Below, one piece after another: positions 52,491-62,536 of a stretch of 64,000 nucleotides of DNA. The notes under the pieces were generated by a model, which saw nothing but the letters and a program-made list of their open reading frames with translations, did not search any database and had not been told where the DNA came from. Source of the DNA: Candidatus Cloacimonadota bacterium (GTDB taxonomy: Bacteria; Muiribacteriota; UBA6191); the NCBI GenBank assembly GCA_023954715.1, contig JAGSHD010000001.1, positions 364,468-428,467 of the forward strand. The letters run 5' to 3'. The stretch's first letter is position 1, and the number at the start of each line of letters is the position of its first letter. The position numbers were made by a program, and so were the translations under genes.

Positions 52491-53641
52491 GATTTATTTT
52501 GTATTAAACTTACTTCATGTAAAAACTGTTTTCCGTTAATCCATTTTGATTTATCTTTTTTAGTTAACTTAGTATACGAAATATGCCAAATTCGAACATC
52601 TAAATCATTCATGTTGAGTTCTCGAAACGTTAATAAACCCTCTTCGATATGCACGAAAATTTTACTTTCTAACTTTTCAATTAAGTTAAACAAATTTTCA
52701 TTGTTTACCAATATTCGCTGTTTATCAATTTGTAGGCTATTAGACTCATATAAAAACCATTGGACAAATTCTTTTAAGACATCAATTTCAATCCAAAACC
52801 TTTTTCGCTGCATACAAGACATAGTATACGAAAAGTTATACACTTCTAAATGTTCGGGTCTCATACGAAGCATACCCGATAAACCATTCGGTATTTTCAC
52901 CCATCCATTGTTAATGTTCATGATCTCTCTGATTCGCATTTGCCGAATGGGTATAGTCTCGCTTCCGTATAGAAAATTATATTCTTCCTCTTGATAACCA
53001 CTCATTTTCTGTGATAAGTACTCGTCAAATGTCTGTAAAATACTCTCTGTAGAATCTTTTAAATCTTCTACAAAGTAGTCTCTAATAGTTTGTAAAGCAT
53101 TATAAATAGATTGACTTGATGGCTCCCAGCCCATAATGCATTTAAAATCGTGATGATCTTCCATTTGGGTTTCATTAAAAGAGATATATGCTGGATGCTT
53201 TTGACGTAGTTTACCAGATTGGGTTAACAAGATTATCCCTAATTTTTGTCCTTTAAATTGATGTTTCGCAGCCTGATAAATACTTGCTAACCAGGATCGA
53301 TCATAGCTTTGTCCTAAATCTATAGTATTTAAAACTACAAAGCACCAAGAGTCTATGGAGACTACCAAATCTGCAATAATAGGATTACTTGAATTCGGAG
53401 ACAAAACTTTTTGCATTTGAATATCAATGACATGTAAAAACTTCTTTGGAAAGTCCTCTAAGTCTTGGGCTAAATGAGGTAGTTCAGTATGTTCAAATTG
53501 TAACTGTTTTAAAAAAGAGTTTAAAGCAACAATATTAAGTCCATGATTCATCTTTGGATTGAGTAACCAAGCATATAATGCCAGTAGGTAATCCCCGGGC
53601 AATCCTTTTTGAGTCGTAGAAAATAATTTAAGAATATTCAT
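52487..53641 (-). CDS. Hypothetical protein (384 aa) bracketed by two MITE copies
   Basis: Long ORF with no recognisable motif. Its stop codon lies inside the TIR of MITE copy C. Its start lies 80 bp from MITE copy D. Confidence 0.55.
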   Translation of the reverse strand: MNILKLFSTTQKGLPGDYLLALYAWLLNPKMNHGLNIVALNSFLKQLQFEHTELPHLAQDLEDFPKKFLHVIDIQMQKVLSPNSSNPIIADLVVSIDSWCFVVLNTIDLGQSYDRSWLASIYQAAKHQFKGQKLGIILLTQSGKLRQKHPAYISFNETQMEDHHDFKCIMGWEPSSQSIYNALQTIRDYFVEDLKDSTESILQTFDEYLSQKMSGYQEEEYNFLYGSETIPIRQMRIREIMNINNGWVKIPNGLSGMLRMRPEHLEVYNFSYTMSCMQRKRFWIEIDVLKEFVQWFLYESNSLQIDKQRILVNNENLFNLIEKLESKIFVHIEEGLLTFRELNMNDLDVRIWHISYTKLTKKDKSKWINGKQFLHEVSLIQNKS

Positions 53642-53720
53642 TGGTGCTATTATTTTTTGAATCCATATTTTGTTTCATTTGAACCTTTTAATTTGTCCGC
53701 GCTTCTATTATAGGGTAAAA

Positions 53721-53947
53721 GTAACTATTCAGCTATAATTTTTCAGTTTCTTTACAAAGGGTAGTTATATCTAGGTTTTTGATCATTATTATATTTTGCA
53801 TTTAAAGCTATTTAAGTGTAGTGAACTACTCGAAAAGAGCTTTAAATATAAAAGATGATGATGAGATAAACCGCATTAATAAAGTAAAAAATACGAAAAA
53901 CTTGTATGCTCCTCACTGTTTATCAAAAAGACCACCTCAATAATTAC
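53721..53947 (+). mobile_element. MITE-like element, copy D (227 bp, most diverged)
   Basis: 5' TIR GTAACTATTCAG. The 3' TIR is degenerate (CTCAATAATTAC). No TSD. Confidence 0.8.
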
Positions 53948-53986
53948 AATGAACTTTGTTTAGCATCTAACTTAGCAAACAAACTA

Positions 53987-54712
53987 TTAACTACACTCTT
54001 GTGGTGTTTTTTGTACATTCATAACAACAATCCATGCATATTTTTGTAAAATTGGTATCTTTGACAACAAGAAGTCATCCATAATTTGAAAAGCTTTTAT
54101 AAGCTTGTTAAGTAGTGGAATTTTCACAAACGGAGTTAATATTAAACTGGTAAAACCAAAATACCTAAAAGTACTACTCGGAAACTTAGATTGAACAAAG
54201 TTTAATTGATTCATACTTAAAGGAGTTTCACCCTTTGTCCTAGAGTTTGGAGTTAAAAACCTATATAGATTAATCAATGGATTGTGTTTTAAAGGTTCAA
54301 TAAATATTGAACACTGAACATTACTCTTAGCTAAAGAGTCAAACAACATATTTGACTCTAGATGATGTATGATCCCTGATCCAATCACACAATCAAAAGA
54401 GTTTAAATCTAGGGGCAATGATTGAATATCTCCAACAATCACATTTAATTCTTGTTTTCTTTGGGAGCATAATCTAGCTGCTTCAAACGAAATATCAATC
54501 GCACAAACTTTTATACCTAACTTACTAAAGTAAGAGCACCACAACCCTGTAGAGCACGCTAATTCAAGTAAAAATTGTGGTTTACTCTTTATAATTTGAT
54601 CTCGATAATAGTCAAAAGCATTATCCACAACAGCGTAAGCAGAGTTTCTTGGTTTCAAGGAATACTGTTTATCTTTGAAAAGCTTATTATGGAAGTTTAC
54701 TTCTTCATTCAT
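53987..54712 (-). CDS. Class I SAM-dependent methyltransferase
   Basis: 241 aa. Motif I is LELACSTGLW, followed by D-x-S (AIDIS) and the post-I acidic/IGSGIIHH blocks. The start lies 4 nt after the upstream GST stop. Confidence 0.68.
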   Translation of the reverse strand: MNEEVNFHNKLFKDKQYSLKPRNSAYAVVDNAFDYYRDQIIKSKPQFLLELACSTGLWCSYFSKLGIKVCAIDISFEAARLCSQRKQELNVIVGDIQSLPLDLNSFDCVIGSGIIHHLESNMLFDSLAKSNVQCSIFIEPLKHNPLINLYRFLTPNSRTKGETPLSMNQLNFVQSKFPSSTFRYFGFTSLILTPFVKIPLLNKLIKAFQIMDDFLLSKIPILQKYAWIVVMNVQKTPQECS

Positions 54713-54715
54713 AAT

Positions 54716-55369
54716 TTATACAAATTCAGCTAAAATCTCCTGCTCAGCCGACAATACTCTTTGAACAGAAGGAAGAGATTTTAAATTGTCAACATAAGCA
54801 GCTAATTTTGGCCATTGCATAGAGTCAATGTGAAATCCGCCATAAGACAAAGCTACTAATTGACTCAATAATGCCATATCAGCAGTTGAGTACGTATCTC
54901 CTAGCAAATATTGTTGATCTCCTAATACTGAGCTTAAATAATCAAATATAGGTGGAGCCGAGTTTTCTATAGCATTATTGACTAATCCTTCGTCATACTC
55001 TTGCTTCATTATCTTTCCTCGAACAATTCTTTGAAAGAAAATAACTCCAGTTAACTCTCCAGCGACTTTCGTATCACAGTATTCTTCAATCCATAAACTT
55101 TTAGCCTTTGTTTGAATATCCTTTGAGAAAATCTCTTTTTCTGGGAATTTGTCATTAATATAAGCAATAATTGCACTTGAATCTGCTAAACAAAAATCAC
55201 CATCTTCTAGAGCTGGAATTTTACCTAGAGGATGATATTTCTCTCTATATCCTTCAGGAACTGATAAAGGAGAAACGCTAGGATCATTCTCAAAATCGAT
55301 ACCATGCTCTTCTAAAACTAATATTACTTTTCTAACAAATGGTGAAACTGGAATCCCTATCAATTTCAT
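54716..55369 (-). CDS. Glutathione S-transferase
   Basis: 217 aa. The GST N-terminal thioredoxin fold reads MKLIGIPVSPFVRKVILVLEEHGIDFE ... GKIPALEDGDF, followed by a C-terminal helical domain. Confidence 0.75.
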   Translation of the reverse strand: MKLIGIPVSPFVRKVILVLEEHGIDFENDPSVSPLSVPEGYREKYHPLGKIPALEDGDFCLADSSAIIAYINDKFPEKEIFSKDIQTKAKSLWIEEYCDTKVAGELTGVIFFQRIVRGKIMKQEYDEGLVNNAIENSAPPIFDYLSSVLGDQQYLLGDTYSTADMALLSQLVALSYGGFHIDSMQWPKLAAYVDNLKSLPSVQRVLSAEQEILAEFV

Positions 55370-55553
55370 AAATACTCCCTCAAGTTATTGAACAATGTGA
55401 TTGATGAACCATTCAATCCAATTTTTGCATGATTGTAACACAAAATATAATCCAGTCACGAATATTTGTATTGATTATTTAGTCACTGCAATTGGTATAA
55501 GAATGCTTTTTAATAGACAGTATTAGAAGTTTTCTAGAGTTTTGATATTAAGC

Positions 55554-56024
55554 CTATCTTACTCTTCTTTTTGGTTTCATCTCAAAAAGATCTTTGTTAT
55601 GACAAAATTGTTTATCTCCAAGCTCCGTATAGAGTCCTTGATTTGCATCATATACAACCTTACAAAACTCTCCATTCCATAAATCTAAACTGTATTTAAA
55701 TTCAATTCCTGGAAAAACATCATCTCCTTTAAACACTAAAACAGTGTTATCAATTTTTTGGGGAATTTTATTTTTATAGTTTACTCCCGGAATCTTTTCA
55801 AAAAACTCTGGAATCAAATCATCTATTTTGGACGGATATTTCTTGTGGTTTTCTTTATATTTTTCTATCGCCATTGGCAAGCTTTTCATAATGATTTTAG
55901 TGATGTTCATTTCATTTTTTATAGACCTTTGCTTAATCATGTGGTCTACAAAAATTTTACCTGTCATAACTAAACACCCTAATAGGGCCAAACGAAACAC
56001 AAGTTGTAAAAAGGTTGCTATCAT
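55554..56024 (-). CDS. Hypothetical protein with an N-terminal TM segment
   Basis: 156 aa. No motif. Confidence 0.45.
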   Translation of the reverse strand: MIATFLQLVFRLALLGCLVMTGKIFVDHMIKQRSIKNEMNITKIIMKSLPMAIEKYKENHKKYPSKIDDLIPEFFEKIPGVNYKNKIPQKIDNTVLVFKGDDVFPGIEFKYSLDLWNGEFCKVVYDANQGLYTELGDKQFCHNKDLFEMKPKRRVR

Positions 56025-56222
56025 AATCTCTTAAATCCTCAATTATAAACTTCTAGCTCAATCACTCTTGAAATTGAATCAGCTGTGAAAACTAAACGAT
56101 AGACCCAATCAATTCAATAGAAGTCTTTTAATGTATCTTATAACAACTAAAATAATTCACCAAAAAGACAAAACTTTATCCACTATTGGAAACAAAAATC
56201 CCGCAATTTCGTAGTTTTAGTT

Positions 56223-57170
56223 ATGAAAAATATCTTACTTTTGTTTTTGACTCTATCTATATCCTATTCTCAAGAGACCAATCTTGCTATTGGAGACATC
56301 CCTAGCAATACTAGTATCACATCTTTTTCCTCTTCTAAAAGAAAACTATTAAAAGAGATTTATCCAAGTCATCAAAAGTCTGTTTACTGTGGCTGTGACT
56401 ATAACATCATAGAAACTATGGTGAAAAAAACTATTAAAGTAAAGATGCAGTGTGAAGACCCTAGTAAGAGTGATTGCTTCAAAGAAGTTGAAACTGAGCG
56501 AAAAAAAACACATGTGAAACCTGATTTACCATCTTGTGGGTATGAAATAAAAGGATCTGGACTCAGAGCAAACCGAATCGAATGGGAGCATGTGGTACCA
56601 GCACACCACCTAGCACACCATTGGGATAATATTTGGACGCAAGGTCACGAAAAATGTATTACATCAAGTGGCAACAAATATAAAGGTCGTCGATGTGTAG
56701 AAAAAGTTGTTCAACAATATAAATATATGCAAGCAGATATGCATAATTTGTATCCTGCCATTGGTGAAGTCAATGGTTATCGTAGTGATTACCAAGTGGC
56801 TATTATTCCTGGTGAGGCCTATGAATTTGGTAAGTGTGACGTAGAGATAGAATCTCGAAAATTTGAGCCTTCTCCTCAAACTCGCGGTGAAGTAGCCAGA
56901 ACATATTTCTATATGGATCAAGCCTATGGGGAGTTTTTCGAATTAGATAAAACACTCAAAACAATGTTAGTAAAATGGGCCAAGGCAGATCCTCCTTCAA
57001 CGTGGGAATGTGAACGAAATCAACTCATCTCAAAAATTCAAGGCAATGAAAATCTTGTAGTCACAAAAGCTTGTGAGGCTTTAAAAAGCACTAAAGAAAA
57101 CACCAACAAAAAAGATGATTTGAACGATGAGACTTCTGAACATTTTGAAACTCTAAAAAACTCTAATTAA
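56223..57170 (+). CDS. endA: Secreted DNA/RNA endonuclease I family protein (EndA/Vvn-like)
   Basis: 315 aa with a signal peptide. The Endonuclease-I catalytic block reads RIEWEHVVPAHH, with multiple conserved Cys and N-Y-R residues. Confidence 0.75.
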   Translation: MKNILLLFLTLSISYSQETNLAIGDIPSNTSITSFSSSKRKLLKEIYPSHQKSVYCGCDYNIIETMVKKTIKVKMQCEDPSKSDCFKEVETERKKTHVKPDLPSCGYEIKGSGLRANRIEWEHVVPAHHLAHHWDNIWTQGHEKCITSSGNKYKGRRCVEKVVQQYKYMQADMHNLYPAIGEVNGYRSDYQVAIIPGEAYEFGKCDVEIESRKFEPSPQTRGEVARTYFYMDQAYGEFFELDKTLKTMLVKWAKADPPSTWECERNQLISKIQGNENLVVTKACEALKSTKENTNKKDDLNDETSEHFETLKNSN

Positions 57171-57209
57171 TCTATTTCAAAATAGTAGCCATTAGTATAT
57201 CTTGATTAA

Positions 57210-57248
57210 AGCTAAGTTATTTTCTGATAACTTGGCTTGTTTTCTTTT
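57210..57248 (+). terminator. Putative intrinsic terminator after endA
   Basis: AGCTAAGTTAT-tttctg-ATAACTTGGCT (10/11 bp stem) followed by TGTTTTCTTTT. Confidence 0.5.
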
Positions 57249-57274
57249 ATGACTATAGATTGCCCGGAGTTCTA

Positions 57275-58849
57275 ATGATTAAATATGAGATTCTACTAAA
57301 TCAATACAATATAGATAACGCCACACAGTGGGCCCAACAACTTGGTAGTTTAGATAGCAATAAGGCCAATGCAATTTTGAGGCAATTGATTCCTGAGCAC
57401 TTTTGTTCCGATGGTGCTTCAAAGCTACACACAAAACTCTCTGAAGATTACCCTGAGTTTTTACAGATGATCCAGCATACCAATGCTTTTTTTAGCTCTT
57501 TTCCCAAGTCCGGAATCCCTGCACAAAGTAAATCCATTGCACAGTGTGTTGACCCTTCCATGAATGCCGGTATCGGGATTGCCAAAGATACCCACTCTCA
57601 GATATTGGTTCATCCTAAACTCAGCGAAACAATCAACTTTTTGAAACCTAGTAATGTAGATGATCAAGAGTGGTCTAAGTTAACCCAAGCGCTATACAAG
57701 TATAATAATGGTTTAGGAGCCAATTGGTACAGATCACTATCTAAACAAAGATACTTAAATGATATTAAAAAGCCTGAGTTACAAAATCAAGCGCAAAACT
57801 CTCTAAAGATTTCTCCCATTCCAGTTTTTGGTGGTACAAGTGGATTATCTTCTATTTTTGATATGTTTGGTGGAGCCGGTACACCAGTGATTTTCCCTCG
57901 TACTTACTGGGGTAACATGAACCTAATGGCTGATCAAAAAGGGTTATTAAAAACTCCATCTGATTACATCGATATTAACGGTAATATTCAATTAGATGTA
58001 CTCGATCAAACTCTCACCAAACTAAAACAGGACTCATTTAAAAAAGTTTGTATTTATCTAAACTTTCCTCATAACCCTTCATCTACAGTTTTAACTGAAT
58101 CACAAGCACAGGCACTAGCAAGTCTTTTACAATCTCATGCTAAAGAGGACTTTCAAATCATTAATGTGTGCGATGAACCCTACTTTCCATTCGTTCGAGG
58201 GGATCAGGCTATTCAAAGCCCCTTGTCTTCATACTTGCAACCAAATCAAAATAGAAATATGCTAACTTTAGCGACCATCAATGGCACAAAAAGAGATGGA
58301 ATGTATGGTTTTCGACATGCTGATTTAGTATTACTACTACCAAATGGTCTAACAGTAGATATTATAGACGAAATCGAAAATAACTTATTTGCAGGATATT
58401 TCAGAGGTTGCTTTTCTTTTTCTAATGCAATAAATCAATACCTCCTAGCTAGGTCTTTGAGCAGCGACCCCTTAATCCCACTTAAATCAGCTGATGCAAT
58501 AGCTTTAGACCCAGATTATATTGATAAAGAAAGACAATTAGTATCATATATGTCTGACACAGTAAATCGATCTATTCTCAAGCTAGATAAAATCCCCTAT
58601 TTGACTCGAGTAAAACAAACGCAAGATGCTAGTGGAGGTTTTTTTATCTCATATCAATTAAACCAACAATTCAAAGATCTTAACATTACCCCTATGGATG
58701 TACACAAAACTGCCTTAACCCATGGTCTTGGAGTCATTGCTGCTGGCGAATATATTCGTATTAACGCACTCATCGAAGAAAGTGTTTTACCAGACTTTTG
58801 CTTTAGACTTGTGCAGACCTTAAAAGATCTGTTAGAACAAGCTAATTAA
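57275..58849 (+). CDS. PLP-dependent aminotransferase-fold protein with an N-terminal extension (putative)
   Basis: ATG at 57275 preceded by CCGGAG. The C-terminal ~370 aa carry aminotransferase-like blocks NFPHNPSSTVL and ATINGTKRDGMYGFRHA (S-x-[ST]-K-x-x-G-x-x-G-x-R pattern). The N-terminal ~150 aa are unrelated. Confidence 0.45.
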   Translation: MIKYEILLNQYNIDNATQWAQQLGSLDSNKANAILRQLIPEHFCSDGASKLHTKLSEDYPEFLQMIQHTNAFFSSFPKSGIPAQSKSIAQCVDPSMNAGIGIAKDTHSQILVHPKLSETINFLKPSNVDDQEWSKLTQALYKYNNGLGANWYRSLSKQRYLNDIKKPELQNQAQNSLKISPIPVFGGTSGLSSIFDMFGGAGTPVIFPRTYWGNMNLMADQKGLLKTPSDYIDINGNIQLDVLDQTLTKLKQDSFKKVCIYLNFPHNPSSTVLTESQAQALASLLQSHAKEDFQIINVCDEPYFPFVRGDQAIQSPLSSYLQPNQNRNMLTLATINGTKRDGMYGFRHADLVLLLPNGLTVDIIDEIENNLFAGYFRGCFSFSNAINQYLLARSLSSDPLIPLKSADAIALDPDYIDKERQLVSYMSDTVNRSILKLDKIPYLTRVKQTQDASGGFFISYQLNQQFKDLNITPMDVHKTALTHGLGVIAAGEYIRINALIEESVLPDFCFRLVQTLKDLLEQAN

Positions 58850-58850
58850 T

Positions 58851-59228
58851 ATGTTTCCAACTCTAAATGGCCAAGGTCCTAATGAAAGCATTCTACAAGA
58901 ATACCTAGAGCTAATCTCTGACATTTTTTTAGATCATAATTTGATTCAGTCTAATCATATATATTCTAGATTGCATAATGCATCGATTATTTTTGAAGTA
59001 GATGACTTTTTGCTTCTTGAAATTTGGAGCTGTAACTCTAAATCTAACTTGCATAGTTATGAGCTTCGGCTTCTTGAAAAAAAGTATACCAATAGCAAAA
59101 GAAAGGTAATTTTTGAAGTACGATTACCTATCCGACTCGAACAATTTATAGAGCCTAAAGAGTACGAGCCTATTTGTCATTTGTTTCATAACAGAATCCA
59201 AGAATACTACGATTTATGCCCTCAATAA
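58851..59228 (+). CDS. Hypothetical protein
   Basis: 125 aa, immediately after the previous gene. Confidence 0.45.
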   Translation: MFPTLNGQGPNESILQEYLELISDIFLDHNLIQSNHIYSRLHNASIIFEVDDFLLLEIWSCNSKSNLHSYELRLLEKKYTNSKRKVIFEVRLPIRLEQFIEPKEYEPICHLFHNRIQEYYDLCPQ

Positions 59229-59358
59229 CTCTTATACACTTGCTTAGATCAAACACCCCCTATTTTTTTTGTTAAAAATGAGCTAAACTGACCATATCAA
59301 TTTTGAGTTTCAACGATCTCAAACAACGCAAAGTCAACCCTAAAATAGGTTAAATTTT

Positions 59359-59979
59359 ATGAAATTACTCCTCCTTTTAATGTCTTTAAGTATTGTAAAT
59401 ACAAACTTTTGTACAGACGCCAAAGCTTCTACCAATACAGACTCTACTCAAAAGAAAAACCCATATTTACAAGGACTAATTACAGATCTAGTAGATTTAG
59501 GTAACTACAATATAAAACTACGACAAGAGTTGGATAAAAAATATAGACACGAGCTCTTTAGAACAACTGACAAATTTCAGTCCTATTATCCTAAAAGTAC
59601 TGTAGAAACCCTAAGCAACAAAGTTGATCAAGATGGATGGTATACCCTCACTTCTCCAAAGGATGCAGTTTTGGCTCTTAAATCAGTTAAAAAACGCCCT
59701 CTACTAGTAGTGTTTGACTCTCAGTATTGTGGATATTGTAAAGTATACAAAGATGAAGTTCTATCCAAAAAAGAAATTAATAATAGATTAAAAGATATGG
59801 TTCGAGTTCATGTTGATGTGCAAACAGCAGCAGGACAAGTTTTTGCTAGTCTATTAAACTCACAAGGCGGGACACCCCGCTCTGTTTTCGTTGATCCCAA
59901 TAAAGATATCCTAGAAACCATCGGGGGCTATGTTACTCTTCCTGTTTTTAAAAAATATCTCAATGAACTGGGGTATTAA
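59359..59979 (+). CDS. Secreted thioredoxin-fold protein (CxxC)
   Basis: 206 aa with a signal peptide. The LLVVFDSQYCGYCKVYKDEV block has a thioredoxin-like WCGPC-type placement. Confidence 0.55.
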   Translation: MKLLLLLMSLSIVNTNFCTDAKASTNTDSTQKKNPYLQGLITDLVDLGNYNIKLRQELDKKYRHELFRTTDKFQSYYPKSTVETLSNKVDQDGWYTLTSPKDAVLALKSVKKRPLLVVFDSQYCGYCKVYKDEVLSKKEINNRLKDMVRVHVDVQTAAGQVFASLLNSQGGTPRSVFVDPNKDILETIGGYVTLPVFKKYLNELGY

Positions 59980-59991
59980 TACAAACGGTAT

Positions 59992-61086
59992 CTAAGACTC
60001 ATAGACTCTTTTGACTCTGTTACCAATTGAACAAATAATATCATACGGAATCGTACCTTTTATTTTTGCCCAATTTACAATATCTTGTGTTCCTCTCAAT
60101 ATATCAATATCTTGACCTAAACTGAGGTCACAGTTTGCCCCAAGATCAATCATTGTATAATCCATAGAAACTTTTCCTATAATTTGATAGGCCTGATCTT
60201 TGTAATAGAAAAAAGCTTTCTCTGATAGATTTTGAGGTACACCATCTGCATACCCTATAGGAACAGTACCCACCCAAGTATCTTTAGATAAAATATGAGA
60301 TTGTGAGTACCCAATGGGTGAACCTTTTTTTAAAAAGCGCTTAGCTACCAATTTACTCTTAAGCTTTAGCACTGATTGTAAGTTTAAGCGGTGCTCTCCT
60401 TGAGAATCAAAAACTCCAAACAAATTAATTCCACTTCTAACCATATTAAATGGTTGTTTCAAGGACTCCTGAATATTGTTTATCCCATCACTGTTTGCTA
60501 TGTGACAATAAGAAAAAAATAGTCCAGCTTGAGATAGTTTAGTAATAAGCACTTTCATTTGAGAAATTTGATACAAAGAAAAATCCCGATCATAATTTGC
60601 AGATGAAAAATGAGAAAATATACCTTCAACTTCAATATTTGGAAGCTTTATAATTTTAGTAATTTCTGAATAAGCTTGATCTATTAAAAGCCCTAATCTG
60701 CCCATTCCGGTGTCAATCAAAATATGTACTTTTAAGGTCAGTTGACGAGACTTAGCAAAATTTGAATAGCGAACTGCTTCTTCAAAAGAAGAGATACTAG
60801 GAGAGACACCTATTACTAACTGATCTAACTCTTGTGGTAACATTGACCCTAAAAGAAGGACCTGCTCCACAATAGAAGAAATCTGCTTCGCTTCATTTAA
60901 GTCAGCCACTCCAAAAATACTTGCTCCAACATGCCCTAAAGATCGAGCCACTTTTTGCGCACCTAAACCATAAGCATTAGCTTTTAATATTGGCATCACA
61001 AGACAGCCAGGACAGCTTTTTACAATCTCCAAATAGTTTTCTTGAATCTTTTTTAAGTCTATATGTAAGTTAACTCTTGAAATCAT
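59992..61086 (-). CDS. alr: Alanine racemase
   Basis: 364 aa. The PLP-lysine block reads VMPILKANAYGLGA. The N-terminal TIM barrel is followed by a C-terminal beta domain. Confidence 0.85.
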   Translation of the reverse strand: MISRVNLHIDLKKIQENYLEIVKSCPGCLVMPILKANAYGLGAQKVARSLGHVGASIFGVADLNEAKQISSIVEQVLLLGSMLPQELDQLVIGVSPSISSFEEAVRYSNFAKSRQLTLKVHILIDTGMGRLGLLIDQAYSEITKIIKLPNIEVEGIFSHFSSANYDRDFSLYQISQMKVLITKLSQAGLFFSYCHIANSDGINNIQESLKQPFNMVRSGINLFGVFDSQGEHRLNLQSVLKLKSKLVAKRFLKKGSPIGYSQSHILSKDTWVGTVPIGYADGVPQNLSEKAFFYYKDQAYQIIGKVSMDYTMIDLGANCDLSLGQDIDILRGTQDIVNWAKIKGTIPYDIICSIGNRVKRVYES

Positions 61087-61198
61087 CTTATCCTATAGTA
61101 AACTAAAGTGCTTTGAATACCAACAAATAACACTTACACCTTTTTAACTCAGGTCTATGCTAAGTACTTGATTCAACTTTCACACTTTAAAGTTACTT

Positions 61199-61648
61199 AT
61201 GAAAAAAATTAAATTATATACAGACGGTAGTTGCCTAAAAAACCCTGGGGGTAGAGGTGGATATGCGGCTATTTTACTATATAAAGGCAGTAAAAGAGTC
61301 ATAAAAGGTGGTATGCAGTCCACAACCAATAATCAAATGGAAATGATGGCCGTCCTAAGGGGGTTAGAAGCTATTAAAGAGGCCTGCCACATTGATTTAT
61401 ATTCTGATAGTCAATATGTACTAAAGGGGCTCAAGTCTTGGATTCATGGATGGAAGAAAAACAATTGGAAAACCAAAAGCAAACAAGAGGTAAAAAATGT
61501 GGAACTCTGGCAACAATTAGATCAAGCAGCGAGTTTACACTCTATAGAATATATTTGGGTGAAAGGTCACAGCGGTGACCCATACAATGAAGAAGCCGAT
61601 CAAATAGCATACTCAGAAGCTCACAAGTTCAAAAAGAAAGCAAGATAA
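61199..61648 (+). CDS. rnhA: Ribonuclease HI
   Basis: 149 aa. The blocks are YTDGSC, EMMAVL, YSDSQYV and WVKGHSGDPYNEEADQIA, with the DEDD catalytic residues in place. Confidence 0.9.
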   Translation: MKKIKLYTDGSCLKNPGGRGGYAAILLYKGSKRVIKGGMQSTTNNQMEMMAVLRGLEAIKEACHIDLYSDSQYVLKGLKSWIHGWKKNNWKTKSKQEVKNVELWQQLDQAASLHSIEYIWVKGHSGDPYNEEADQIAYSEAHKFKKKAR

Positions 61649-61653
61649 AACTA

Positions 61654-62535
61654 TTACTCTTTAGATGAGTTTTGCTTTTGAATCTCCAAAAGTACTTTTA
61701 GCTGCTCTTTTAACTGAGATAGTTTTTCAGAGGACATACTTTGTCCTGTATTTTTTTCATTTTTATAAATTGAATCTTGCAAGGATTTTATAGAAGAATT
61801 ACCAAATACCTCTTTAGCCAAATCATTCACATTGGATTGATCATAAGTAGAGTCGTTCAATTTTTGCTGATCAGAATTACCATACAATGAGTTTTGTAGC
61901 TTTTTTATGTTTTCTTGGTTTTGCAACTCAGCTTTGGTTTTTAAATCTGAATTTTGCTGCTGAGGGTCAGTACTTTCATTTTGATTTTGAATGGGTGCTT
62001 GACCACCATCACGCAAAGTTTTAACTTTTTCTAAGGCACCTTTAATAGTATCTATATGTAAAAATGAGTTTAGCTGCTCATATCTTTTTGGGTGCTCTTC
62101 AAACCAAACAGCCATGGAGCTAAGAGTCCAAGACTTTGACACAACTTTAGGTGCAAATTGCATCAATAAAGGTAATGTAAATACCATCAAAGCTATGCAA
62201 ACAAAACTAGAGATAAAAACTCCAATAATAAAACCCCAAAGTCCTTTACCACCAGGGATATATTTTTTTACCTTACTATCAAGCTTACGAGCTAACATAC
62301 CTATTAAAGCAAAAAGAAAAAATCCAACAATAGGATAATACACTAAATGATAAACCTTAATATTTTCGCTATTTTCTAAAAATACAAATAAGTAAGGCTT
62401 TAGGTACATCAAAATTGGAAACATAAAAAAGGAGGCTACGAATGGTAAAACCAACGAAAATGGACCTTTGATAAATCCATATAATCCTCCAACCAAGATG
62501 ATCAGAGGAAAGATAACATCAATTTGCTCTATCAA
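61654..62535 (-). CDS. CvpA-family membrane protein with a long Q/N/S-rich C-terminal tail
   Basis: 293 aa. The N-terminal four-helix membrane region is in the CvpA style (IDVIFPLIILVGGLYGFIKG). The C-terminal ~110 aa are low-complexity with repeated LQxSxYxN units. Confidence 0.5.
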   Translation of the reverse strand: MIEQIDVIFPLIILVGGLYGFIKGPFSLVLPFVASFFMFPILMYLKPYLFVFLENSENIKVYHLVYYPIVGFFLFALIGMLARKLDSKVKKYIPGGKGLWGFIIGVFISSFVCIALMVFTLPLLMQFAPKVVSKSWTLSSMAVWFEEHPKRYEQLNSFLHIDTIKGALEKVKTLRDGGQAPIQNQNESTDPQQQNSDLKTKAELQNQENIKKLQNSLYGNSDQQKLNDSTYDQSNVNDLAKEVFGNSSIKSLQDSIYKNEKNTGQSMSSEKLSQLKEQLKVLLEIQKQNSSKE

Positions 62536-62536
62536 T

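Noticed and set aside
52449-52994. 181-aa plus-strand ORF beginning MLLSFYRRGHLNNY
   Set aside because: It starts inside MITE copy C. It overlaps the longer, better-supported minus-strand ORF 52487-53641 in antisense and has low-complexity content. It is a repeat-seeded artefact.
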